Source: an uncultured SAR86 cluster bacterium (GTDB lineage Bacteria > Pseudomonadota > Gammaproteobacteria > Magnimaribacterales > D2472). Taken from it: a stretch of 29,296 nucleotides of DNA. The DNA lies in assembly GCA_938075575.1 (NCBI GenBank), contig CALJHI010000118.1:1-29296 (forward strand), given 5' to 3'. Below the pieces are notes generated by a model, which had not been told where the DNA came from, searched no databases, and was given only the letters and a program-made list of their open reading frames with translations. Position numbers and translations under genes: made by a program. This document shows, one piece after another, positions 1-7,700 of this stretch (positions within the stretch are counted from its first letter, which is position 1; each line of letters starts with the position of its first letter).

Positions 1-844
1 ATAAAAGCCATAATAAAAGTTCAGGTAAATTAGGATTGCTGTTATAGCCAAAAAACCCTTTTAAGAAAACTCCAATATTTCCTTTGTCATGAAAAAGATG
101 AACATATTTTTGCTTAGTTTCATCAAAAGTATACATATAGCTATTATCTGAAGCTTCTAAAGCGGCCTTTGGCTCTAAAATATTCCATGGTCTATATATT
201 TCTTCAGATTTAAAATCTTCAATAACCTCAGATTTAACAATATATTCTTCAACCTCATGCGTTCCATAAGCAATCATTCCTGATGCAAGAAAAACTAATA
301 AAAGAGTTGAATATTTAAAAATATTTCTAATATCTACTTTTCTACCCTGGATAACAATTAGATATCCTATTAGGGTTGCGAGCAAGGCCCCGAGAAGAAA
401 TCCAATATAAGAGAACTTGCCTGTTACAGAGAAACTAGAGATGAGGAACACAGCTGTTTCGAAGCCCTCTCTAAGAATTGCAAAAAAGACTACGAAAAAA
501 ACTCCCCATGAAGAGATTTTAATTGCTTCTAGTGTGCTAGATTCAAGTTCATTTTTATTTGAAACATTCTTAGAAAGCCAAAAAATTACATACCATATAA
601 GAAAAGCTGTAAGGTATAGAAATATTCCTTCAAACAAAGCTTTCATAGAATCGTTACCGAGCGAATTCTTGGCCATAATTACTAAGTAACCTACCGCAAT
701 ACTAGCTAAAATTGCTGCGCCAACACCTAGCCATAATTTTTTGAAATGACTTTTTAAATCAGATTTTTCTAAAAGAAGATAGATAATACCCACAACCAAT
801 GATGCCTCTAAAACTTCTCTAAAAACAATAATAAATTCACTCAT
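1..844 (-). CDS. FTR1/EfeU-family iron permease (3' end runs off the window)
   Basis: Absent from the ORF track because there is no stop in the window. My translation from ATG at 844 gives MSEFIIVFREVLEASLVVGII...FAILREGFETAVFL...YGTHEVEE..., open to base 1. It has two RExxE motifs (R9, R125) in hydrophobic helices, the FTR1 signature. The frame was checked at codon 125 (AGA at 472-470). Confidence 0.92.
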   Translation of the reverse strand, partial: MSEFIIVFREVLEASLVVGIIYLLLEKSDLKSHFKKLWLGVGAAILASIAVGYLVIMAKNSLGNDSMKALFEGIFLYLTAFLIWYVIFWLSKNVSNKNELESSTLEAIKISSWGVFFVVFFAILREGFETAVFLISSFSVTGKFSYIGFLLGALLATLIGYLIVIQGRKVDIRNIFKYSTLLLVFLASGMIAYGTHEVEEYIVKSEVIEDFKSEEIYRPWNILEPKAALEASDNSYMYTFDETKQKYVHLFHDKGNIGVFLKGFFGYNSNPNLPELLLWLL

Positions 845-871
845 ATTTCTTTCTATTAGTTAATATATTTA

Positions 872-900
872 AATGTAAATGAATCTCATTTACAAATCAA
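872..900 (-). promoter_or_regulatory. Candidate sigma70 promoter of the FTR1 gene (TTGATT-N17-TACATT)
   Basis: On the minus strand, -35 TTGATT (900-895), 17-nt spacer, -10 TACATT (877-872). The palindrome fills the spacer and overlaps the -10. Chance matches are common in AT-rich DNA. Confidence 0.5.
874..894. promoter_or_regulatory. Fur-box-like perfect inverted repeat TGTAAATGA-ATC-TCATTTACA
   Basis: Perfect 9-3-9 palindrome. The central 19-mer GTAAATGAATCTCATTTAC matches the classical Fur consensus GATAATGATAATCATTATC at 12/19, including AATGA...TCATT. It lies 30 bp upstream of an iron permease. Confidence 0.75.
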
Positions 901-984
901 TAACTCATCATTTTATTTAAAGATTTTAAAAAAACTTGAATTAAACTAAGTTAATTATATAAACAAATATGAGATAATTTGTCT

Positions 985-2223
985 GTGAAAAAAATAGCTA
1001 TTATTGGTGCCGGAATTGCTGGAATAACTACGGCATATTCCCTTGCAAAGAGAGGTTATCCTGTAACAGTTATAGATTCTAGAAGGTACCCTGCCATGGC
1101 AACTAGCTATGCAAATGGTGGTCAGCTGAGTGCAAGCAATGCAGAAACATGGAATACGCGTAAAAACATAATTAGTGGCATTAAGTGGATGTTTAAAGCA
1201 GATGCTCCTCTTCTTTTTAACCCGACACCAAATGTACAGAAATATAAATGGATGCTTGGATTTTTAGCAGAGACCTTAAGAGGAACTCATAAAGACAATA
1301 CCCTACATACAATTGAATTAGCGAAAAGAGCTAGGGATATATATTTTAAAATTGCTGATGAAGAAAATATCGAATTTAGCCTTTTGAAAAAGGGTATTTT
1401 ACGATTTTATGATTCAAAAAAAGAATTCGGTGAGGATGTTGCAAAGAAATCCTGGATTGAGCAGCCTGGCATGGAGTGGGATGTTTTAACTCCAGATGAG
1501 GTTGTTTCACTAGAGCCGGCTCTACGAACTGCAAATGCTAAAAATAAAATAGTGGGTGGTGTTTATACAAAGTCAGATGCTAGTGGAGATATCCATAGGT
1601 TCTGTATGAATTTAGAAAAAGTTTTAGAAAGTAAATATGGAGTAGAGATATTAACTAATACCTCAGTGAATGATATATCGCTAGAAAAAGAAAAAATTAT
1701 TCTTAAGTGTGGTGAAGCTAATAATTTTGAAAACAAAGAATTTGATAATGTTGTGATATGTGCTGGAGTAAATACTCAAGAATTTGCCAATAAACTTGGC
1801 GATGCAATGAATGTCTATCCTGTGAAAGGGTATAGTGTGACTATAGATCTTAAAGATGATGAGTCAAAGCTTGGTGCCCCAATGGTCTCATTAATTGATC
1901 AGCCGGTAAAAATAGTAGCTTCTAGGCTTGATGATAAATTCAGGGTTGCTGGAACTGCTGAGCTAGCTGGTATTAATACTGATATTAGGCAAGATAGGAT
2001 TAGACCTTTGCTGAAATGGGTTAAAGAATTTTTTCCAGAAGTAAGCACTGAAACCTATACACCATGGGCTGGCTTAAGGCCTATGACTTCAAATATGATG
2101 CCGCTAACTCATGAAAGCAAAATGCCTGGGGTTTTCTATCATACTGGGCATGGACATTTGGGTTGGACGCTAAGCGCTGCAACAGCTGAAATTGTTGCTG
2201 AAAAAATACTTTCTAAAGGCTAG
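985..2223 (+). CDS. dadA: D-amino acid dehydrogenase (DadA family, FAD-dependent)
   Basis: Motifs IAIIGAGIAG (Rossmann), TSYANGGQLS, YPVKGYS, WAGLRPMT, TGHGHLGWTLS. I prefer GTG at 985 (MKKIAIIG) over TTG at 979. Confidence 0.88.
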   Translation: MKKIAIIGAGIAGITTAYSLAKRGYPVTVIDSRRYPAMATSYANGGQLSASNAETWNTRKNIISGIKWMFKADAPLLFNPTPNVQKYKWMLGFLAETLRGTHKDNTLHTIELAKRARDIYFKIADEENIEFSLLKKGILRFYDSKKEFGEDVAKKSWIEQPGMEWDVLTPDEVVSLEPALRTANAKNKIVGGVYTKSDASGDIHRFCMNLEKVLESKYGVEILTNTSVNDISLEKEKIILKCGEANNFENKEFDNVVICAGVNTQEFANKLGDAMNVYPVKGYSVTIDLKDDESKLGAPMVSLIDQPVKIVASRLDDKFRVAGTAELAGINTDIRQDRIRPLLKWVKEFFPEVSTETYTPWAGLRPMTSNMMPLTHESKMPGVFYHTGHGHLGWTLSAATAEIVAEKILSKG

Positions 2224-2876
2224 GGCAAATCTATAATTTTCCAAGAATTCCTTAAACATTCTTCTCTTAATTTTTTATCTGGATTGACTGCCACTGGGTT
2301 ACTTACAGCAGACAGCAGAGGCAAATCATTATATGAATCAGAATAAAATGTAGTATTCTCAAAGTTATTAATATTGTTTTGAGATGCCCATTCTCGAACC
2401 TTAACAAGCTTCCCTTCTCCCAGAGCCGGGATTCCTAAAGGTTTACCAGTATATAGACCATCATGCATCTCTACCTCACTGGCAATAATATTTTTAAAGC
2501 CAAGCCTCTTCCCGATAGGCTCTACAATTACTATGTTGGTGGCAGATGCAAGTAGCATAGTATCATTATCATGAGTATGATTATGCAAAAGCCTTAATGC
2601 ATAAACATTTATCATAGGCTCAATAATATTTTTTAAAAACTTTGCTAGAAGTGGCTTAATTTCATTTGGGCGCTTGCCTTTTACAGTAGAAAGTGCAAAC
2701 TCGGCCCACTCTTCAAAATCAAGATTTCCTTCATAGTACTTATCATAGAAGTACTTATTCTTCTGCTCATATTCTTCTTTGTTAACAAGACCCTCATCTA
2801 TTAAAAAATTAATCCATGAATAGTCAGAATCTCCATTAAGAATGGTATTATCAAGGTCAAAGATAGTTAATTTCAT
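2220..2876 (-). CDS. HAD-IB family hydrolase (SerB-like; candidate histidinol-phosphatase)
   Basis: Motif I FDLDNT, motif II SAT, motif III K in GEGK, motif IV YSDSYND, plus AVNPD. Start ATG 2876 is preceded by GGAG; the track's 2885 start includes this RBS. Confidence 0.85.
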   Translation of the reverse strand: MKLTIFDLDNTILNGDSDYSWINFLIDEGLVNKEEYEQKNKYFYDKYYEGNLDFEEWAEFALSTVKGKRPNEIKPLLAKFLKNIIEPMINVYALRLLHNHTHDNDTMLLASATNIVIVEPIGKRLGFKNIIASEVEMHDGLYTGKPLGIPALGEGKLVKVREWASQNNINNFENTTFYSDSYNDLPLLSAVSNPVAVNPDKKLREECLRNSWKIIDLP

Positions 2877-2887
2877 GCGCTCCATTA

Positions 2888-3379
2888 ATGAACGAAAGTA
2901 ATGCTTATAGGTTAAACGTAGGGCTAATCATTGTAAATGATTTTGGTAAAGTCTTACTGTGCAGAAGACAAAATAGCAATCGATGGCAATTCCCTCAAGG
3001 CGGCATTGATGGAAAAGAGAAACCTGTAAATGCAGCAAAAAGAGAAATGTTTGAAGAGGTTGGTATAAAGCCTAAATCTGTGAAGCTCATTGGGAAAACA
3101 ACTAATTGGGTAGAATATAAGGTGCCTAGAGAAAAAATAAAATTACATTTTAAAAAAAAGGGGATAATCGGCCAGAGACAAAAATGGTTTATGTTTAAGT
3201 TAAAGGAAGATGTAGATATCTCATTTGATAATGATCCAGATAATGAATTTGATAGTTATTCTTGGGTTTCTTATTGGCACCCTCTCTCTAAAATAGTTTC
3301 ATTTAAAAGACATGTATACCAAAGGGTCTTACATGAACTACTCCACAACTATAATAATGAGTTTTTAAATGATAATTGA
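2888..3379 (+). CDS. rppH: RNA pyrophosphohydrolase
   Basis: YRLNVGLII, WQFPQGGI, Nudix box GGIDGKEKPVNAAKREMFEEVGI, GQRQKWF, WVSYWHP, FKRHVY. Confidence 0.95.
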   Translation: MNESNAYRLNVGLIIVNDFGKVLLCRRQNSNRWQFPQGGIDGKEKPVNAAKREMFEEVGIKPKSVKLIGKTTNWVEYKVPREKIKLHFKKKGIIGQRQKWFMFKLKEDVDISFDNDPDNEFDSYSWVSYWHPLSKIVSFKRHVYQRVLHELLHNYNNEFLNDN

Positions 3380-4160
3380 AGCTATTGGATACTTGCTAGC
3401 AGGTTCATTCGCGGGGATTCTCGCTGGAACATTCGGAGTTGGAGGGGGAATTATTATTGTTCCTGTTCTAGTGCTTATTTTTGGTTTAATAGGGTTTGAT
3501 AATCATTACATAGTTCATCTAGCGATTGGTACATCTTTAGCTTCAATTTTTTTTACAGGCATATCATCCACAAGGTCACATTTCTTAAAAGGTGGTATCA
3601 ACTTTCAAGCCTTTTATCCAGTAGCTTTTGGTATATCTATTGGTTCGATAGTTGGCGTTCTGATAGCAAACAATTTAAGTGCTGACGTGTTGAAATATAT
3701 CATAGGTATATTTGCACTATTCATTGCAGCTCAAATGCACCTAGTAAAAGAAAATGATAAGACCTTTAGGCCCTCAAAAGGGCTATCATTTGCTGTTGGA
3801 TCTGGTGTAGGAAGTATTTCAACTATTCTTGGTATTGGAGGCGGTAGTTTCACTGTGCCTTTCTTTAGGTATTCAGGATTAGATATGAAAATATGTGTTG
3901 GTACTGGAGCAGCGTGCGGAATTCCAATTGCTCTATTTGGGTCCTTAACCTTTGCTATTCTAGGTTTAGAAAATTCTGATTTGCCAAATTACAGCATTGG
4001 ATATATTTATCTCCCTGCTCTCATTGGAATATCAGCGTCAAGTATTTTTACTGCTTCAATTGGAGCTACCATTGCTCATTCAATATCAGATAAAATGTTA
4101 AGTATGCTATTTTCATTGATGATGATTACCATATCTATGTATATGTTATTTGCGAGCTAA
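3369..4160 (+). CDS. Sulfite exporter TauE/SafE-family membrane protein
   Basis: Multi-TM protein with internally repeated GxFGVGGG...VP / LGIGGGSFTVP and AIGTSLA motifs. Its position before lgt matches the Pseudomonas-type order. Confidence 0.88.
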   Translation: MIIEAIGYLLAGSFAGILAGTFGVGGGIIIVPVLVLIFGLIGFDNHYIVHLAIGTSLASIFFTGISSTRSHFLKGGINFQAFYPVAFGISIGSIVGVLIANNLSADVLKYIIGIFALFIAAQMHLVKENDKTFRPSKGLSFAVGSGVGSISTILGIGGGSFTVPFFRYSGLDMKICVGTGAACGIPIALFGSLTFAILGLENSDLPNYSIGYIYLPALIGISASSIFTASIGATIAHSISDKMLSMLFSLMMITISMYMLFAS

Positions 4161-4163
4161 CCT

Positions 4164-4958
4164 ATGATTATTGAATTGTCTAATTTCTTTAACAACCCAA
4201 GTATAGTAGAGCTTGGGCCTCTAAAGATTCAATATTATGCAGCTACATGGCTCTTTTCTGCAGTATTTATTTATTTATTTCTAAGAAGCCATAAAATTAT
4301 TAAAGACTTTGGATTTTCATATGAAAAGGTTAGTGATCTAGTATTTACCTATGGCCTTTTCTTTGGCGCATTTGTAGGTGGAAGAACTGGTTACATGCTT
4401 TTTTATGGAACTGACCAACTTCTTTCCAACCCTTTGTCAATATTCTTTGTTTGGCAGGGAGGTATGAGCTTCCATGGCGGTTTGCTGGGTGTGGCGATTA
4501 GTTTCTATGTTTTTTCTAGAAAAAATAATGTTGATTTTTTAAAACTATGTGATGCTCTTACGCTATCAATGCCCATAGGTCTGGGTTTAGTTAGGCTTGG
4601 TAATTTCCTTAATGGCGAACTTTATGGAAGACCAACTGATGGAAGTTGGGGTTTTATTTTCCCTACAGATTATTTAGGAATTGCAAGACATCCCTCTCAA
4701 CTGTATGAAAGTTTTGGAGAGGGATTATTACTTTTCATTATTTTGAAGTTTATTTACTCACGTAATAGTGAAAAAGGTATAGTTTGCTCATCATTTCTTA
4801 TCTTTTATGGATTGATACGATTTATAATTGAAAATTATAGAGAGCCTGATTCTCATTTAGGATTCCTTATATTTGATCTAAGTATGGGTCAGATATTATG
4901 TATTCCTATGATTGTTATAGGTCTATTGATACTGAATAAATCTAGGAAAGTCGCATGA
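4164..4958 (+). CDS. lgt: Prolipoprotein diacylglyceryl transferase
   Basis: GGRTGY, GGMSFHGG, GLVRLGNFLNGELYGRPT, RHPSQLYE, RFIIENYREPD. Confidence 0.97.
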   Translation: MIIELSNFFNNPSIVELGPLKIQYYAATWLFSAVFIYLFLRSHKIIKDFGFSYEKVSDLVFTYGLFFGAFVGGRTGYMLFYGTDQLLSNPLSIFFVWQGGMSFHGGLLGVAISFYVFSRKNNVDFLKLCDALTLSMPIGLGLVRLGNFLNGELYGRPTDGSWGFIFPTDYLGIARHPSQLYESFGEGLLLFIILKFIYSRNSEKGIVCSSFLIFYGLIRFIIENYREPDSHLGFLIFDLSMGQILCIPMIVIGLLILNKSRKVA

Positions 4959-5818
4959 AAGCATATTTAGAACTTTTAGAATACATCCTTAACAATGGAG
5001 AGGTTAGAGATGATCGAACCAAGACTGGTACTATTTCTTCGTTTGGTCATCAACTTCAATTCGATTTAGAGAATGGATTTCCCGCTATCACCACTAAATC
5101 ATTAGCCTGGAAGGGTGTGGTTTCGGAGCTATTATGGTTTTTAGAGGGTTCTAGTGATGAAAGAAGGCTGGCAGAAATTAGGTATAAGAAATCAAGAAGT
5201 GAATTAACAGATCTTGCAAAGTACTCTACTATATGGACTGATAATGCTGACAATCAAGGAAAAGAATTAGGCTATATAAACACCGAAACTATTAAAGAGC
5301 TTGGTCCTGTTTATGGTGTTCAGTGGAGAAACTGGTCGGGTACTGATCAAATAAAAAAACTACTAAATGACCTAAAAAATAATCCTGATGGAAGAAGGCA
5401 TATTCTTTCAGCATGGAATGTTGACGAATTAGATAAAATGGCCCTGCCGCCTTGCCACGTAATGTCACAATTTTATATAAGTAATGGGACTATAAGCTGC
5501 CATATGTACCAAAGAAGTGCTGATATGTTCCTTGGTGTCCCGTTTAATATAGCTAGCTATGCTTTATTGCTTAGTATATTAGGAAAAATTCTTGATCTAA
5601 CTCCTAAGAAATTTATCCATTCTTTTGGCGATGCCCACATATATAGCAACTCAATAGAGCAAGTTAAAGAGCAGCTGTTAAGAGAGCCCAAACCTTTGCC
5701 TAAATTAATAATCCCTGACCTAAAATCAATAGATGATATCAAGGATTATACTATCGATGATTTTACTCTAAAGGGTTATGAGCACCACCCGCCAATCAAA
5801 GCAAAAATGGCCATTTAA
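4955..5818 (+). CDS. thyA: Thymidylate synthase (ThyA; T4-phage-like indel pattern)
   Basis: DRTKTGT, ELLWFLEG, LGPVYGVQWR, ALPPCH (catalytic Cys), YQRSADMFLGVPFNIASY. ATGA overlap with lgt. Confidence 0.97.
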   Translation: MKAYLELLEYILNNGEVRDDRTKTGTISSFGHQLQFDLENGFPAITTKSLAWKGVVSELLWFLEGSSDERRLAEIRYKKSRSELTDLAKYSTIWTDNADNQGKELGYINTETIKELGPVYGVQWRNWSGTDQIKKLLNDLKNNPDGRRHILSAWNVDELDKMALPPCHVMSQFYISNGTISCHMYQRSADMFLGVPFNIASYALLLSILGKILDLTPKKFIHSFGDAHIYSNSIEQVKEQLLREPKPLPKLIIPDLKSIDDIKDYTIDDFTLKGYEHHPPIKAKMAI

Positions 5819-5819
5819 A

Positions 5820-6305
5820 ATGATAATTTCTCATCTTGTAGCTGTATCAAAAAATAATGTAATTGGAAAAAATAATGATCTTCCATGGAAGCTTAAAAGA
5901 GACCTACTCCATTTTAAAGAATACACAATGGGAAAAACCATAATAATGGGAAGAAAGACTTATGAGTCTATTGGAAGGCCACTGCCTAAAAGAAATAATT
6001 TTATTATTTCATCAACTATTAATAGAATAGAAGGTGCGTCAATATTTTCAAGCCTAAAGGAAGCAATTAGAAATGTTCCTGGTGATGATGAGGCTGTAAT
6101 AATAGGCGGTGGATATCTATTTAATGATTCTATAAATTACTTTAATAAGTTAGTTCTGACTTTAGTGGATTGCGAAATTGATGGAGATGTATTTTATCCA
6201 AAAATTGATTTAAAAAAGTGGAATCTAGAGGACTCAATCGATTTTAAGAAAGACATTGATAATGAGTATGATTTTTCTGTAAAAACTTATACTAAGAATT
6301 TTTAA
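5820..6305 (+). CDS. folA: Dihydrofolate reductase
   Basis: VIGKNNDLPW, D..HFK, IIMGRKTYESIGRPLPKR.N, IIGGG, GDVFYP. Start ATG 5820 lies 1 nt after the thyA stop; the track's 5778 extension is spurious. Confidence 0.95.
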   Translation: MIISHLVAVSKNNVIGKNNDLPWKLKRDLLHFKEYTMGKTIIMGRKTYESIGRPLPKRNNFIISSTINRIEGASIFSSLKEAIRNVPGDDEAVIIGGGYLFNDSINYFNKLVLTLVDCEIDGDVFYPKIDLKKWNLEDSIDFKKDIDNEYDFSVKTYTKNF

Positions 6306-7698
6306 TAAACTCTCTTCTTAAAGCCAAGTTCTTTACTCTTACTTCTTCATTTTCTGTATATCTAATCCAGTTATTGGCTGTAGAAATAACTTTCTTATCT
6401 TTATCTCTTGCTGCAATATTAAATTGCTTCTTAGCCTCATCAAATCTCTGCAATTCAAAGTAGGCTTGGCCAAGAGTAAGATGAACTTGAGAAACTTTAG
6501 AGATTTTTCCTTTATCTAAACCCTTTTTAATTGATTCTATAGCAAGTTCTAACTTATCTTCTGCTAGATATAAATTTCCAAGCAAAACATAATTCTTACC
6601 TTCTTTAGACATTTTTGCTGCTTTTTCCAAAATTGGTATGGCCTTATCTATTTCCTGAGACATTCTCCAAGAGTCTGCCAACAGTCTTAGATTTTTTTCT
6701 GAGTCTTTTACAACACTAACTATAGTCTCTTCCTTGGTTTTATCATCGACCTTGGTAATTTTTTTAATTCTTCCAGCCTCAAGAACTTTGGCTGCTTGAT
6801 ATGGGTTTTGATTAAGTAACAAGAGCTGGGCCAATGTGACATATTCAGTTTCTTTGTCTAAAAGATCTTTTAGATATGCTGAATTTAAAGTGACCATAAA
6901 ATCTTTTTCTCTGTCGAGTTGGCCATACGTCTGGCCTAATCTTACAAAATAAGATTTCTTTGGATAGAGATTTACAAGGATCTCATATATATCAACCTGC
7001 TTAAGCATAGCTTTTTTAGGTCCAATTTTATTTTTTAGCTCTTCTACTGATGCAACTATAACTATGTACCAATTTTCTTTAGGCTTATAACCCTCCTCTT
7101 CTGCAAGAGTTATGGCTTTTTCCATATTTAATAAGGATTTATCAAAGTCACCAAGTTGATAGTATGCGGTAGCTAATATTGACCAAGACTGAGCTGTAAC
7201 TTTTTCTACTTGAGCCATCCATTCTAATAATAGATCTACTGATTTTTGAAACTCTTCTGTTGCCATGTAAAGCTGGGCTAAAGTCAATAACCCTGCATTT
7301 CTAAGGCCTAGAGTGACTTCTGGTTCATTAATTAATTTTGTATATGAATCAATTGCTTTTTCTACATCCTCATCAACTATATACATATACCCCCATGAGT
7401 TCCAGAGCACAGATCTATCATAACTTCTTAAGTTTTCTGCATCGTCTCTCAGAGCTCCTAAAAGTTCTTTAGCTGTATCGTAATCTGGATCCTCTTTGCC
7501 AGTCTCCTCATCCATTCTTTCAAGAGCTTCGTAAACTTTAGCCATTCTCTTTGCAGTAGAGGATTGAAGTGCTCTTGCTTTTTTATATTTAATGTTTTGA
7601 TCTGATTTTGCACTAGACTGAGACTGGGTTTCAAAAGGAGTTAAAATTAGTGCAAATGATATAAATATTATTTTTATTACTCTTGTATTAAATTTCAT
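6292..7698 (-). CDS. Exported tetratricopeptide-repeat protein (TtpD-like, last gene of the TonB operon)
   Basis: N-terminal signal-like segment and repeated TPR-like helices (WNSWGYMY, TLAQLY, ILATAYYQLG, LLGNLY, LTLGQAYF). It starts 2 nt after the tonB stop. Confidence 0.85.
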   Translation of the reverse strand: MKFNTRVIKIIFISFALILTPFETQSQSSAKSDQNIKYKKARALQSSTAKRMAKVYEALERMDEETGKEDPDYDTAKELLGALRDDAENLRSYDRSVLWNSWGYMYIVDEDVEKAIDSYTKLINEPEVTLGLRNAGLLTLAQLYMATEEFQKSVDLLLEWMAQVEKVTAQSWSILATAYYQLGDFDKSLLNMEKAITLAEEEGYKPKENWYIVIVASVEELKNKIGPKKAMLKQVDIYEILVNLYPKKSYFVRLGQTYGQLDREKDFMVTLNSAYLKDLLDKETEYVTLAQLLLLNQNPYQAAKVLEAGRIKKITKVDDKTKEETIVSVVKDSEKNLRLLADSWRMSQEIDKAIPILEKAAKMSKEGKNYVLLGNLYLAEDKLELAIESIKKGLDKGKISKVSQVHLTLGQAYFELQRFDEAKKQFNIAARDKDKKVISTANNWIRYTENEEVRVKNLALRREFIKNS

Positions 7699-7700
7699 GC

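Noticed and set aside
417-689. 90-aa plus-strand ORF
   Set aside because: Antisense shadow of the FTR1 permease frame, with no recognisable motif.
969-977. Mini-ORF ATG-AGA-TAA just before dadA
   Set aside because: A two-codon ORF is expected by chance in AT-rich DNA, and GAGA there may simply be the weak RBS for GTG 985.
5056-5742. Short minus-strand ORFs inside thyA (5056-5253, 5557-5742)
   Set aside because: Antisense shadows of a conserved enzyme.
4955-5818. Group I intron or prophage around the T4-like thyA
   Set aside because: The ORF is uninterrupted, both neighbours are ordinary host genes, and no integrase, structural gene or att-like repeat is visible.
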